Shown here: positions 1 through 11,781 of the stretch, in pieces | Numbering within the stretch: position 1 is the stretch's first letter | How the letters are laid out: each line of letters begins with the position of its first letter | Assembly: GCF_000143415.4 (NCBI RefSeq) | Contig: NW_003314287.1 | Coordinates: 1,014,203-1,078,202 of the forward strand | DNA from: Selaginella moellendorffii | Lineage: Eukaryota > Plantae > Lycopodiophyta | DNA: 64,000 nucleotides | Direction: 5' to 3' | Notes under the pieces: model-generated | What the model was told of the DNA's origin: nothing | Seen by the model: only the letters and a program-made list of their open reading frames with translations | Database searches by the model: none | Program-made: the position numbers and the translations under genes

Positions 1-12
1 AAGAACTCGCGG

Positions 13-447
13 ATGATCGAACTTCTCTTGGATACTGTGAGAGTTTCTCGTCGTGATCATCGTCGGGGAGCTGCTGCTGTGGATAGTACCGACGACGACG
101 ACGAGTCTTTGCCTGAGAGAGGAGATGAAAACGAGAAGGAAGAGAAGAAGCTTTCGCGCATCGTGAGAAACTTACAGCGGCAGAACGTCATCACGCATTT
201 TATCCTGGGCTTCATGGTGATCACTACGGCCATCTGGAGGGTTAAAGAGATCACTTGGATACTCCGGGTACGAAAGATGCTGGCCAATCCACTAGAGACA
301 GTGGGCGGGATCTTTGGAGGCGATCATCACCAGGAGCATCATCGCAAACACAAGGAAGAGATCGAGAAGCCGCTGCAGTTGCCGCACTTGGAGCTGCCGA
401 CACTGTTTCATAAGTCCGAAACGACAGAAGATTCTATTTCTTCGTAG
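13..447 (+). CDS. Plant-specific single-pass membrane protein (At1g27300-like); may be 5'-partial
   Basis: 144-aa ORF with an acidic/charged region, then 'LSRIVRNLQRQNVITHFILGFMVITTAIW...LANPLETVGG' (coiled coil + TM). This resembles a conserved land-plant family recalled from memory. The ORF starts at the window edge. Confidence 0.6.
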   Translation: MIELLLDTVRVSRRDHRRGAAAVDSTDDDDESLPERGDENEKEEKKLSRIVRNLQRQNVITHFILGFMVITTAIWRVKEITWILRVRKMLANPLETVGGIFGGDHHQEHHRKHKEEIEKPLQLPHLELPTLFHKSETTEDSISS

Positions 448-1298
448 CGGAGTTTCTAAAGGTTTGCTTCTTCCGTTTTTCTATCTATTATCTTCGACAG
501 AAGTTTTCCTTCCTGTTTGCCATCTCGCAGGACTATATTTTCAAGTTCCAGCGAAACAAAACAAATCATGATAGCAATTACATATAAGGTGCCGTGACCG
601 CGTTTCATTTTTCAGCGATAACGAAGTTTTTTTCTCTCCGTTTCAGGTGATTAAAGTCTATCCTCTTAAGTACCCGGAGAAGAATAAAAATTTCTCCTTC
701 GCTCAGCAAACCAGATGATTCAAGTTCCTCCAGAGATCGACGAAGCACATCGAGTTCGTGTACATTTTTTGATAAAGTCGTTCTGTGAGTGCTGACATGG
801 GCACGATCACTGCCCCGTGGCGGTGACGTGGCGTCGTCCTTGCTTGCGTCGCTGTCAGTGACCAAAGGACCGAGAGGGGAGGAGAAAAGAAAAGAGAGAG
901 CAGCACTGTTGAGTGAGCGAAGGCTAACTCCTGTCTTTGAGAGAGTGAGTGGAGAGTGCTTTCCTTGCTCCGTGTAAGTGTGGTGTTTAGTGTGGAGCTC
1001 CCAAGTGTGCGTGTGTGTGTGGGTGTCGTGTGTGTGCTTGGCTTGGCTTGGCTACTACTGCTTTGTTTTTGTGGCTTTCTTCTTTTGGGTGTTAGTGGAC
1101 AAGTCAAGAGGGTCAGTCCTGACCAATTCCTGCGGAGAAATTTGCCGGTCGAGCCTTGGAGCTGGGTAAGCACTAGTTCTTAGCTAGGAGGCACTTGGGC
1201 AGGGGGTTAGAAGCAAACAAAGGTACAGATAGGGAGCAGGGAAGCCGGAGGCTGACTAGAAAGCACTAATGGAGATGTTGGGGTAGGAGGCTCTGGAG

Positions 1299-4200
1299 AT
1301 GGAGAGCGACGAATTGGCGAGAAAAGGGGCGGCCCAAGACAAGGGACAAGAATGCAAGGAGGATTCGGCAAGGTTGGTTTACGTTTTTCTACAGTTGTGC
1401 TGCTGCGGGTTTGATGCTCTTTTTTGGTTCTTTGCAGGCCAGTTTTTGGTGAGGCATCAAAGGTGGAAAGCGCGGAGCGTAGAGAAAATGAGTACTTTGT
1501 CGAGCAAGATGCGGTTTTGCCGATAGCACAGCCGACGAGTGAGCCGGGTTTGACATGCTCGGGCCTAGACGCAGGTATGGAGATCGAGGATTTCATAAAC
1601 GAGACTGTGGAGGAAGGCAAGTCGGACAAAGTATCGGAGCAGCAGCTTGTCAAATCCACTACAATCATAGAAAAAAGTTTGACAACAACACAGCCATCGA
1701 CAGCAACAACTCCAGGCAGAGAGAATGTTGCCGAGAAAGTAGCGGAAGTTGTCATCATAGACCAAGATCAAGAAGTGGAAAAGTCGGAGGGGGGGAAACC
1801 TCAGGAAGGGCCGACTAAACTGGAGCAGTCTCAAACAAAAGTTGTGGAGGTGGCCGTAACTTTAACTGCTGGAGAGAACGAGGAAACAATCGATGGGGCT
1901 GCTCTCAAGAGTATGCAACTCGAAGCTGGAGATGGGAGTGACAAAGGTACTGCTACGCCGAACTCGACGAGTGGTCAGGAGAAGGAAACTGTCGAGGACG
2001 TGGCTGCTGCTCCAAAGGTGAATGCAAAAGCTCCCAAATCTTGCGTGGTCAACATGGCTAGCGACGATAACCGAGGAAAGAAGGATGGTCAGAAAGGTGG
2101 AGCTAAGAGCAATGGTCGTTCCAAGAAGAACCAGGCTGATCAAACAGTTGTGGTAGTAGAAGGGGAGGCTGCTGCTACTGCTACTGCCGCAAAGCCTCCT
2201 GCAAAGAGAGGCCGTAAGCCAGGCAGCAAGCGAGCGGAGAAAGCAGCACCTGATAATACATCCAAGAGTCGTTCCTCGTCAGGAGAGCCAAAAGCACCTC
2301 CAGTTACCTTGGATCTTACTACGCAGCCTTTCAGTGATGCGCAGCAAGTGCAATTGCGTGCTCAAATCCTCGTCTATGGCGCGATCATGTAAGCTATCTG
2401 TTTTGCCATTGCGTTCATAATCTTTTCTCTTTTGCTTACAGACAAGGCTCTGTGGCAGACGAAACTTTAATGGGGGCTGCATTCACGGACATCTCCAAAG
2501 GTTCTTGCTGGTTCTAAAATTTGGATTTGGATGACTGAATTTTTGTTTCTCTCTCTTTCTTTTTGCAGTAAGTAACCTTGAATCGTTTGAAAGTCAAGCT
2601 GGCTCCTCCAGATCGTTATGGGAAAAGGCATGGAAAACAGCATCCGAGCGCATGGTTAAAGCCGCTGGCAAATTTGGAGGAAGAAACAGTCCACCGGCAC
2701 CAAGGCCGCCACCTTCCAATTTGAGTCCCACAAATCTTCCAAAGTCTCCGTCGTCGAGGGGAAAGAAGAGTGGTGCTACTCCGCCGCCGGCGGTGACACC
2801 GCCCAGTACGTCCGAATTTCCTTCGGTATCTCCAGTGGCAACTTCCATCATGACAATGGCTTCAGCAACGGTGGCTTCGTGGAACTCCGCGAGAGCTCGA
2901 GCACCTTCTCCAATGGGATCTGCAGTGGATAGCTGGCTCTACCGGTCTAGCTTTCCATTTGCTCAGCACCTCAACCTCTCGGCAAGCCCCGCCCCTCAAC
3001 AGCCGCCATCGCAGTGGGGGGTTCCTTCGCAGCTTTCGACACATATACGTGGAGGCTGGGGTGTTTTCTCTCAGGCCTCGTTTGGATCACAGCCACCACC
3101 GTTCCCTCTGTTTTCTTCTCCGCATCAAGCGATGCCACCGCCAGCAGCGGTGGCGACACTGGAAGCTGACAGAGGCAAATGCACAGGGAAAAGAAAAAGG
3201 CTCGACGATTCAGAAAGCACTCCAGCTCCTGCTTCTTCGTCACAGGTGATTCCCAGCGACGTTTCTCCAGCCACCGCAGGACTTTTAGAAGGCAACGGTA
3301 ACACGCTTGGTATCATGAGCCAAGAAGAACTGGACAGGTTGCGTGGCGAGGACTTGGTTCACCGTTTGGAGTCGGCGAAGAAGAAGGCGGAAGAGGCTGC
3401 CTCGGCTGCGTCGAGTATGGTGGAACAGAGCCAGACCGTGTGGGATGATATCAAGGAGAAGCAACGCACTAAGAACATGTCTACCAGGGAAGGGCATCTT
3501 GCTTCTTCTCTGGCTGCTGTAAGTGCTGCTGCGTCGGTTGCCAAGGCTGCTGCGGCTGCTGCCAACGTTGCGTATGCCGCTGCGTTGCAAGCTCGAGCCA
3601 TGGCAAATGAGATAGTCTTGTCGAGGAAGGAGGCATCAAACTTCGACGACACAGACCCAACCGTAACTCACGTTACGCAGGGTGACGACAGGTCCGCCCA
3701 GCTCAAGTCTGCGATCTTCGGCGCGAAGGTGGCGACGAAACAACACGTAGAGGCTACCGCTCTAGCATTCACGAAGGCAGAGAATTTGGAGGCTGTTGTG
3801 AGAGCTGCAGAGCTCGCTGCTCAGGCTGCTTCCCAGGCTGGGAAAGTCATGTCGCTTGGAGATCCGGTGTCACTGACAAGCAGCGAGAAAAATGCAAAGC
3901 CGGGAGGTCGAGTGTCTGGGAAGAGGAATACTCGATCAAAGACAGCAGCAGCGAAGAAGAACAGGAGCAACGTTGAGGAGGAAGCTGTAGCAAAGGAGCA
4001 GAACGAAGAGAATGCGGCCGCGGGGGAGGGAACTCAGGGGAACGAAACTGCGCCGGCGCCGAGAGGTGATGAAGTTGCCGTGAGTAATAAAACTGGAGCA
4101 GCACAGGGAGACGTTGTGGATGCCGAGCCATCAGAAGGCCTAGTCGAAGACAAGCAGCACAACAAGCCGGAAGAGATCACAGTAGGCTCCCATGTCGAGG

Positions 4201-5546
4201 TATATCTTTAGCGTTTCTCCTTGTAGGCTTTTTAGTTTTCCTCCTTTTATTTCTCTTTCGGTTGTAGCATATTGTAGTAAGCGTTGATAATAATGCCTTG
4301 CAGATTGTTCCAGACGAGGATGGGCTTCAAGGAGTATGGTTCTCAGCCAAGGTTAAAACTCTGAATGGTGATGACGCTTTGGTTGTTTATGACGAGCTTC
4401 TGGATGATGATGGTTGTTACCTTCTTTTCTTTCGCCTGTTTAGTTTTCTACTCGTTGAGAAACTTACAGTGGCCTTTTTCTTGTGTTGCAGGAAACGGCA
4501 AACTTGAAGAATGGGTGAATATCACGAGTCGAATCGACAATGTTCCGCGTGTGAGGACGGCGCATCCAATGACCAAGGATGGAGGCATGCGCAAGAGGAG
4601 AAGGGCTTCGCAAGGAAGCCAGAAGTGTTATGTTGGTGATCACGTCGATGTTTGGATGCGAGACGGGTAAGCTCTAGAAAAAAAAAGCCCGAATGAACTA
4701 ATCAAAGCTGCAGGTGGTGGGAAGGGGTTGTTCAATCGGTGGACGAGAGCCTTGTCACAGTTTTCTTCCCTGGTAAGTTTTACAATACGTTTCCTTGCAA
4801 AAAAGAATTTTTCTTTGGTTGTTTTTGCAGGTGATGGCGATACTGAAGCTACCAAGTCTTGGAATTTGAGGCCGTCTCTGGTGTGGAAAGACGATGCATG
4901 GGTACTGTGGCGGGATACTTTGGGTCAGAAAAGCAAGAAACAGGTAAGAAGCTACTCTTCAAGTCTGGAGAAACGATTGACGATTTGTTTCGCTCTAATT
5001 GATAGAAACTGGAGGATGGTGGTGGTAATCTGTCCTCTCAAGAACTGGAAACACCCGAGACCCCGACTGGCAAGAGAAAGAAACTTGATTCCGCGACACC
5101 AACACCAGGAACAAGCGAAGCTCCTACTCCTACCAGGCCTGCTGCAAGGGCCAAGCCTACTAAGAGAAGGAAATTTTCCGACGTGATCGAGAAGGACCAA
5201 GAGGCGAGGGACGCCTCCTTAGCGAAGCAGCAAACGACTCCACCGTCGTTGAGCAGAACTCCAAAACAGCAGCAGGGAAAGCTCAAGAAATCGACACCAA
5301 GCAACAAGAAGAGCTCGCCACCACCGAGAAAGACAAGGCAAACGAGCAGCGCCAAAAGTAACGACGAGGGAGAGGTCCGAAAGTCCGGGAGGATGATACA
5401 TCCTACTTCCAAGGTGTGTTAATCTTCGCCATTTAGTTTCCTTCCTTGATAACCTTTCGTTTCTCCTTGGCCAGCTATTGGAAGGTTTAGAGACAACACC
5501 CAAACCAGCCAGCAAGAAATCTGGGACGCAGCAATCCGCTAGCTAA
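1299..5546 (+). CDS. Agenet/Tudor-domain nuclear protein, G2484-1/SWO1-like (multi-exon)
   Basis: Family motif 'QPFSDAQQVQLRAQILVYGAI'; Ala-rich 'LASSLAAVSAAASVAKAAAAAA'; two Agenet repeats ('ITVGSHVEIVPDEDGLQGVWFSAKV', 'VGDHVDVWMRDGWWEGVV...WNLRPSLVWKD'); C-terminal 'RMIHPTSK|LLEGLE'. Canonical introns; stop TAA at 5544-5546. Confidence 0.85.
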
Positions 5547-5594
5547 TGTACTTTTACCAATCTCGTTTCCCTTGTTAACTACTTTTGCGTCCTG

Positions 5595-5735
5595 AATTCT
5601 CTCTTCCACAGATCGTCATCCTTAGAGGAATCTGTATCCCCCTAGACTCGGCTTTGGCGTCTTGGCCGCGGCAAACAAAGCAAGATCGAAAGGAGCTCAA
5701 GAATTCTTTAAAGCGTTTGGACGCGTTAGCTGGAT
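5595..5735 (-). pseudogene. Degenerate duplicated fragment of the 3' end of the BRCT-RING-PHD gene
   Basis: Collinear blocks match 8433-8715: 'ctcttccacagatcgtcatccttagag' vs 'ctcttgcacagatcgtcgtccttagag'; 'gccgcggcaaacaaagcaagatcga' vs 'accgctgcaaacaacgcacgatcga'; 'aaagcgtttggacgcgttagctggat' vs 'aaagcgtttgcacgcgttcgctggat'. Confidence 0.75.
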
Positions 5736-6248
5736 GGCCAAACGTATTAGCATTGTCGGTGTTTGTCCTCCAATTCCTGAGTGAAGGCATTGGGGTCAAC
5801 AATGTCATGATAGTGTCGCTGCAGTGGAGTGGAGCAGTGTTTTTCGCGTAGGACTAACTTCTATCAGCCCGAGTAAAATTCAATGACGGAGTAAGAAATC
5901 TGGTCGCGTAAGATCTTCGTCTTCGATAAGATGCCGCAGTGAAACCTTGTGACTTGGAACTCGATGATGGCCGGACAAGCCACGCCTGAGGAAGCCTCCC
6001 ATCTGGTATAGTGCACGGAAGTTTGCTACAAGAATCATAGCTGGAACGCGGAATGTGCCCCCATTTTGAATTTTAGGGTTTTAGCGACTCCATGTTCAAA
6101 GCACAATTTTGGTATATGCTTCTTCAACGGGATTTAGGGTTCTACAGAATTGGGGGAAAATCGCAATTGTAATGTGACGCGACCGTTGACCCTAACCGGA
6201 AACGTTTTGTTAGTTTTCTGGGTGGTGCGCTCTTTTCTGAGGGAGAAA

Positions 6249-8297
6249 ATGGCTGGAACTGGAGTGTTCAAGGCATGCCTTGATGGCGACGTCTACAAGT
6301 ATTACGCTGATGGCGATTGGAAGATGTCATCATCTGGGAAGACCGTCTCTGTCACAAACCCTACCACAGGGAAGCCCATCTACAAGGTCACAGGTTCGCA
6401 CTCGGACACAATGCGTTCGTGCAGCTTCAAAATTTGCTCTTTGGACTTGGCAGCTTGCACCCAAGACGAGATCAACAAGGTTTTTCAGAGTGCCAAGGCA
6501 GCTCAAAAGCTATGGGCAAAGACTCCCTTGTACAAGCGGGCTGAAATGCTCCACAAGGTTTCAGTCATCATGAAGGAACACAAATCACCCCTGGCGGATT
6601 GTTTGGTCAAGGAAGTTGCCAAACCTGCCAAGGATGCTGTCACCGAGGTTTTTTTCCCTACCACCATCACCCACTCTTAAGCAGCAAGAACAAGATTAAG
6701 GTGACAGAGCTCCATAGCTGTCTTTTGTTCTAAATTCCTGTCTTGTGTAGGTTGTCCGCTCCGGTGATTTGATAGATTATACAGCCGAGGAAGGCATAAG
6801 GATCATGTCGGAAGGCAAGTTTTTGGTTTCCGATCCGTTTCCAGGGAACGAAAGAAACAAGTTGTGCTTGTCTTCAAAGGTTTGTATATGTTTCTTGGTT
6901 TCTAGCGACAAAAAGGAACTGTATTGCAGGTTCCTCTTGGAGTTATTCTCGCGATTCCTCCATTCAACTATCCAATCAACCTTTCGGTTTCTAAGATTGG
7001 GCCAGCTCTTATCACTGGAAACTCCGTCGTGATTAAACCTCCAACTCAGGTATGGTTTTACTTGATGTATCATAATGTGTGACTTGGCGGTCTTTATCAA
7101 CTTACAGGGTGCCGTCTCTACGATTCACATGATGCACTGCTTTCACTTGGCAGGATTTCCCAAGGGCTTGATTTCATGTGTGACCATTAAGGTCTCAGAA
7201 TTGGGTGACTTCCTCACAACCCACCCAGCAGTAAATTGCATCAGGTACTTACAATATGGTTATGGAGGAGGTGCCTAAATATACTTATGCTGCAGCTTTA
7301 CTGGAGGATGCGACACCGGCATTGCAATCTCCAAGAAAGCGAACATGATTCCCTTGCAGATGGAGCTGGGTGGAAAAGATACAATGCTTGTTCTCGACGA
7401 TGCAGATGTGGAGTCCGCTGCTGTCAACATCATGAAGGGAGGCTTTGCATTCAGGTATGCTTTTGTGTTGAACTTTACATGTTCAAGTGTGCTGAGATTA
7501 TCCCCTTTTCAGCGGCCAGAGATGCACAGCGGTAAAGGTTGTCTTGGCCATGGAATCCATTGCAGACGCTCTAGTATCCAAAGTAAATGCCAAAGTTGCA
7601 AAGCTGTCTGTTGGACCTCCTGAGAATGACTGTGACATTGTCCCGGTTGTGAGCGAATCCTCTGCTAACTTCATTGAAGGGCTCGTGATGGACGCAAAGC
7701 AGAAAGGTGCTAAACTCTGTCAGGTAATTCGTCAACCTCCGAGGCCATACAACATTTCTAAGCTCAATTGCATAACAGGAATGGAAAAGAGAAGGCAATC
7801 TGATCTGGCCCCTCCTGATCGATCATGTCAAACCTGACATGCGAATTGCTTGGGAGGAACCATTCGGACCTGTAATCCCCGTCTTGCGCATCAAGACAGC
7901 TGAAGAAGGAATCAACCACTGCAACTCAAGCAGATACGGTCTCCAGGTATTCTATCGATTTACTTATCGTGCGAAGAACTCACTAGAGATCCTTGTAATT
8001 TTCAGGGTTGTGTTTTTACCAAGGATGTAAACAAGGCAATGCTTGTGAGTGACGCCATGGAAACTGGAACTGTGCAAATAAACGCAGCTCCTGCTCGTGG
8101 ACCAGATCATTTTCCCTTCCAGGTATATAGCAAATGCATTTTTTTAAGCTCTTGGGCGATGAATGTATGCTGTGTAAACGCAGGGTATACGTGACAGTGG
8201 CATTGGATCTCAGGGAGTTACCAACAGTATCAATATGATGACCAAAATCAAGACCACAGTCATCAACCTGCCTCAACCATCCTATACAATGGCATAA
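6249..8297 (+). CDS. GAPN: NADP-dependent non-phosphorylating glyceraldehyde-3-phosphate dehydrogenase (ALDH11A)
   Basis: N-terminus 'MAGTGVFKACLDGDVYKYY'; motifs 'IPPFNYPINL', 'KPPTQG', 'MELGGKD', catalytic 'SGQRCTAVK', 'EEPFGPV', 'PARGPDHFPFQG', C-terminal 'INLPQPSYTMA'; multiple short introns. Confidence 0.95.
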
Positions 8298-8458
8298 CTT
8301 TAAACTTGTTTTACAATAAAGTGGCAGAAGAATTTCTGCTTTCCAGCAATTAAGCATCACGTAAACAGTATATAAAGCACTTGAGCCAAACAAGCCGCGG
8401 GATTCTGGATTTGGAAAGTTCTTGTGTTCTAAGTTTCCTCTTGCACAGATCGTCGTCC

Positions 8459-10234
8459 TTAGAGTCTGTATCGTCGCCCTTGTTCCAAGCAGACCCGGCA
8501 CTCCCACGGGTAGAGAGCATCTACCCGTGGAGGATCCAAGCAAAATGTGTGAACTGCTCGACTGCGGCAAACGTTGCACACGAGCAAGAGCTCTTCGGCG
8601 TCCTGACCGCTGCAAACAACGCACGATCGAGCCTGAACAAAAGATTAGGATTAGGAGCTAAAGAGTTTTCTGGCAAGCTTACCACAGGGAAAGCGTTTGC
8701 ACGCGTTCGCTGGATCTTCTTCTCGATCGCCACGATTGTCTCGAAGTATCTCTTGTTTTCATCATCGTCTGCCAAGGATATGAAAGGCTCCCTCTTGGTG
8801 ATAAAATCGAAAGGGGCTTTGCAGAGCGGGCACTTGGGGGTGTTGGCGGATCCCTGGCAAAAAGAGAAGAGAAGATGTTACCCAGGCGATGAATTTGCGA
8901 GCAATGGCTTACGGAATGCTGGCTCCATTTTTTGATGCAGTCGAAGCAAAATTGGTGGCCGCATGCCAAAACTCCCTCCACATTTGTCTGGTTCTCGTCG
9001 TGGCAAATAACACACGCCACGTCTTCGCTCGAGCTCGACGACGTAGACAATCTTCTTGTCGACGGACTCTCGCTCCTTGGAGCTGTCCCGGCGGACGATG
9101 CTCCCAGATCGCGCGGATTGGAAGCATCGTCGATGTGAAGAGGCGGCTGAAACGGTTGTAACTTTGGTGACGTCTTTGGAGGGAAATAAGCATCAAGCTG
9201 CACCTCGACTTTGCGTTTAGTGGTGTGACTGTTCTTTGTCACTGGCTGTAAAACCTGCAAACAAACACACATACATTTTGTGAAAATGTAATATCAACAG
9301 CTCTCACCTTTCTCCGGGAGGTGCTTTCGCGAGACAAATCTCTGAAGCCTTCAAGATACTTATTCTCGTGCTTTCTCTTCGTTTCCCTGTCCCTGCTTGG
9401 AGGCGCAGATCTTTTGCTCGACTCGGCGATCTCATCTTCTAGTAGAAAGGCATCCAGTCCCGTCAAGATGCTTTTCTCCCCGTGGTTTCTCGGTCTGCAT
9501 CTTTTGTTCTCCTTTCCACTTCTCGTCGAAGGCTCTCTTCTTGCCCTCTCTCGCGGCCGCGGCGGGGTGGTTGACTGATGGTGCGGTGTGGGACTTCGCG
9601 CATCTTGATCCAAGCAGCTGGCTTGAGGTTCTTGAGGTCCCGTAACATCCTCTCTTGCAGTATAGCCGCCAGCTCTCCTGACTTCTCGATATGTCACTGG
9701 ACCAACTTCTTTCCCGCTAGTCGCAAAATAATGGAACAGTGCGAGTGAGATGAAGCCTTTGCGAAAAAAAAAAAAAACACTCACCTTTTGTGCGTATAAG
9801 GTTCTTCCGGTAGCCGGCGGCCAGCCCTCAAGCAGTCCTCAAACCACTGATGGTTGACGATTTTAATTCCCAGCTCTTTAGACAAATGATACTTTTTTCC
9901 AGTAAAGCTCCAGCAGACCTTCCAAAGGAAAGTGTCAGCAAAAAGCACAAGGACAAAAAAAACATCTTACTAAATGTGTGTGACTCGTAGATAGATCTCC
10001 CAGAAATAGCGCGCCCGTCCTGTTGATCAACGCGACGACTCTACTTCGCTGCGTACCTGTATATCCGCTAATGGTAACGATCAAGGAATCCATCCCCGGC
10101 ACAGAATGCCGCCCATCGCCGCAGCCATAATCCTCCCGATCCTGATCGGAATCCTCGATGGTGATGGTCTCAGCTGTGCTGCATCGGCGCGCCGGTAGAA
10201 TCACGCCAGCGCCTCCACCGGCATTCTCCTCCAT
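8459..10234 (-). CDS. BRCT + C3HC4 RING + PHD finger protein (At1g67180-like)
   Basis: BRCT ('IVTISGYTGTQRSRVVALINRTGA...THLVCW...IVNHQWFEDCL'); RING ('CVICH...CGHQFCFDCIKKW...CPLCK'); last exon is a PHD ('CVVC...CNVC...HTFCLDPP...WECRVC'); stop at 8459-8461. Confidence 0.88.
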
Positions 10235-10672
10235 GGCAGCAAAGAGCCCTAAATAAAAACCTCCAAAAGAGCCCTAAGGGAAGAAATTCAAAAATCCTGG
10301 GACGTGGCAGTCTCTAATTACGTTCATAAACAACGATTAAAACTTATGGTCGAGATGATGCCACAACGAGTACCACGTGTCCATTATCCGTTGGGGGCAG
10401 CCGGTTGCACGCTCGATACCCAACCGCGACAGTTTCTCATTTATCTTCCCTCTCTCGTTGCAAATATAAAGGCGACGCAAACACAGATGTTCGTGTCTTG
10501 TTCTTGTTTTTCGGTATTTTAGGGCTTTTGCGAATGGAGTGGAGACGTGTGGAGCGTTGGAGGGCTGATTGGAGGCCGGGCGGCAAAAGATCTCTGCTGC
10601 TCGCACGATTGTTCATATAGATCTTTTCTCTAGCGGTCAGGCGATCAGGAATGGCCAGGTAAATATCGCGAC

Positions 10673-10679
10673 TATATAT
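10673..10679 (+). promoter_or_regulatory. Candidate TATA box of the pri-miR536 transcript
   Basis: TATATAT about 180 nt upstream of the hairpin, followed by a CT-rich leader and a polypyrimidine/CAG acceptor at about 10790. Confidence 0.45.
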
Positions 10680-10853
10680 TCTCCTACCCATGTACTGGAA
10701 GCAGAATGTAGTTCATAGGCTCTCTCCTCGCTTAGATTCTAGCTCTTCCAAGGATCTCTTCTGAGCTTTTCTTTTTGCCTTTTTCTCCAGATCATGAGAG
10801 AGCTAGCATTCCACTCGCGATCCATCGGCCGATCAGTCGATGCTATACATCGT

Positions 10854-11012
10854 CGAGCGCTGTGTTTTTGATGCACTCAGCTTGACACGGCCGTGCTTGG
10901 AAGTCTGGAAAGTTTTCTTTCACGCTCCACTGATGCTGCTGCTGCAATGCGTGCTGACTCTCTCTCTCTCTCTTGGTCGTGTCAAGCTGTGTGCATCACA
11001 ACGCATTGCTCG
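10854..11012 (+). ncRNA. MIR536: microRNA precursor, miR536 family (mature about 10977-10997, UCGUGUCAAGCUGUGUGCAUC)
   Basis: The 5' arm 'tgatgcactcagcttgacacggcc' (10869-10892) pairs nearly perfectly with the 3' arm 'ggtcgtgtcaagctgtgtgcatca' (10975-10998), and there is an extended basal stem (cgagc/gctcg). The 3' arm matches the recalled miR536 consensus UCGUGCCAAGCUGUGUGCA with one substitution. Confidence 0.88.
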
Positions 11013-11781
11013 TTTTCAAGATTTCCTCCTTTCTTCTCCAAATCTCTAGGCCTAGACGCTCTCCCGCAAGAACAAGCATCGGTTTCTTCTACAAGTGACG
11101 CTCTCGCTCTCTCTCTCTCTTTCTCTCTCGTAGCAACTTTCTCTTCTCTAAGCGTCTCTGGCTCACAGCATCTCGATCTTTCTGTGCTTTTCCTTGTACA
11201 CACCTTGACAGGGATCATCGAGTTTGAGAACCATCTAGCAGTGAAAGGTCAAACACATACCATCTCTTAACTTCTCCAGGGAGAGATCATCCTCCCAAGA
11301 GAGAGGTAGCGAGGTATAGATATTTTTTTTCCTTCTTTCTTTTGTCGACATGGGGATGGGGATGTGGATCCACTTCCATCTCTTTTTTCTATTTTTTCTA
11401 TCGTTCGCTCTCGACAGCTTGTGACTCATCCAGGTTCGTACGTCGGGGTCTTTAAATTTTATTAGTTTCTCACGTCCTTTTGCAGCCTCTCGTGGAACAC
11501 GTATGCCAACGATTCAATTCCCTTCCCCTTTGCGCTTAAACAACAGTTAGTGGCTGTGTGGTCTCCACACACTACACAAATCTCAACTTTCACGCGGCGC
11601 CGGAGATTGTTTAAAGCGAAAAATCAAAGCTTTCTTTCTTTGACAATGACGAGGACAAAGCTCGCCTCCTTCGACTCACTGTACAAGTTTATCAAAACTT
11701 CGCCAAGTTCGCAAGTTTAGAAGATAAAAAGAATATGTTTTTTTTTGTTTTTTTTTTTTTTTTTTGTGTTGAAATCGAAAC

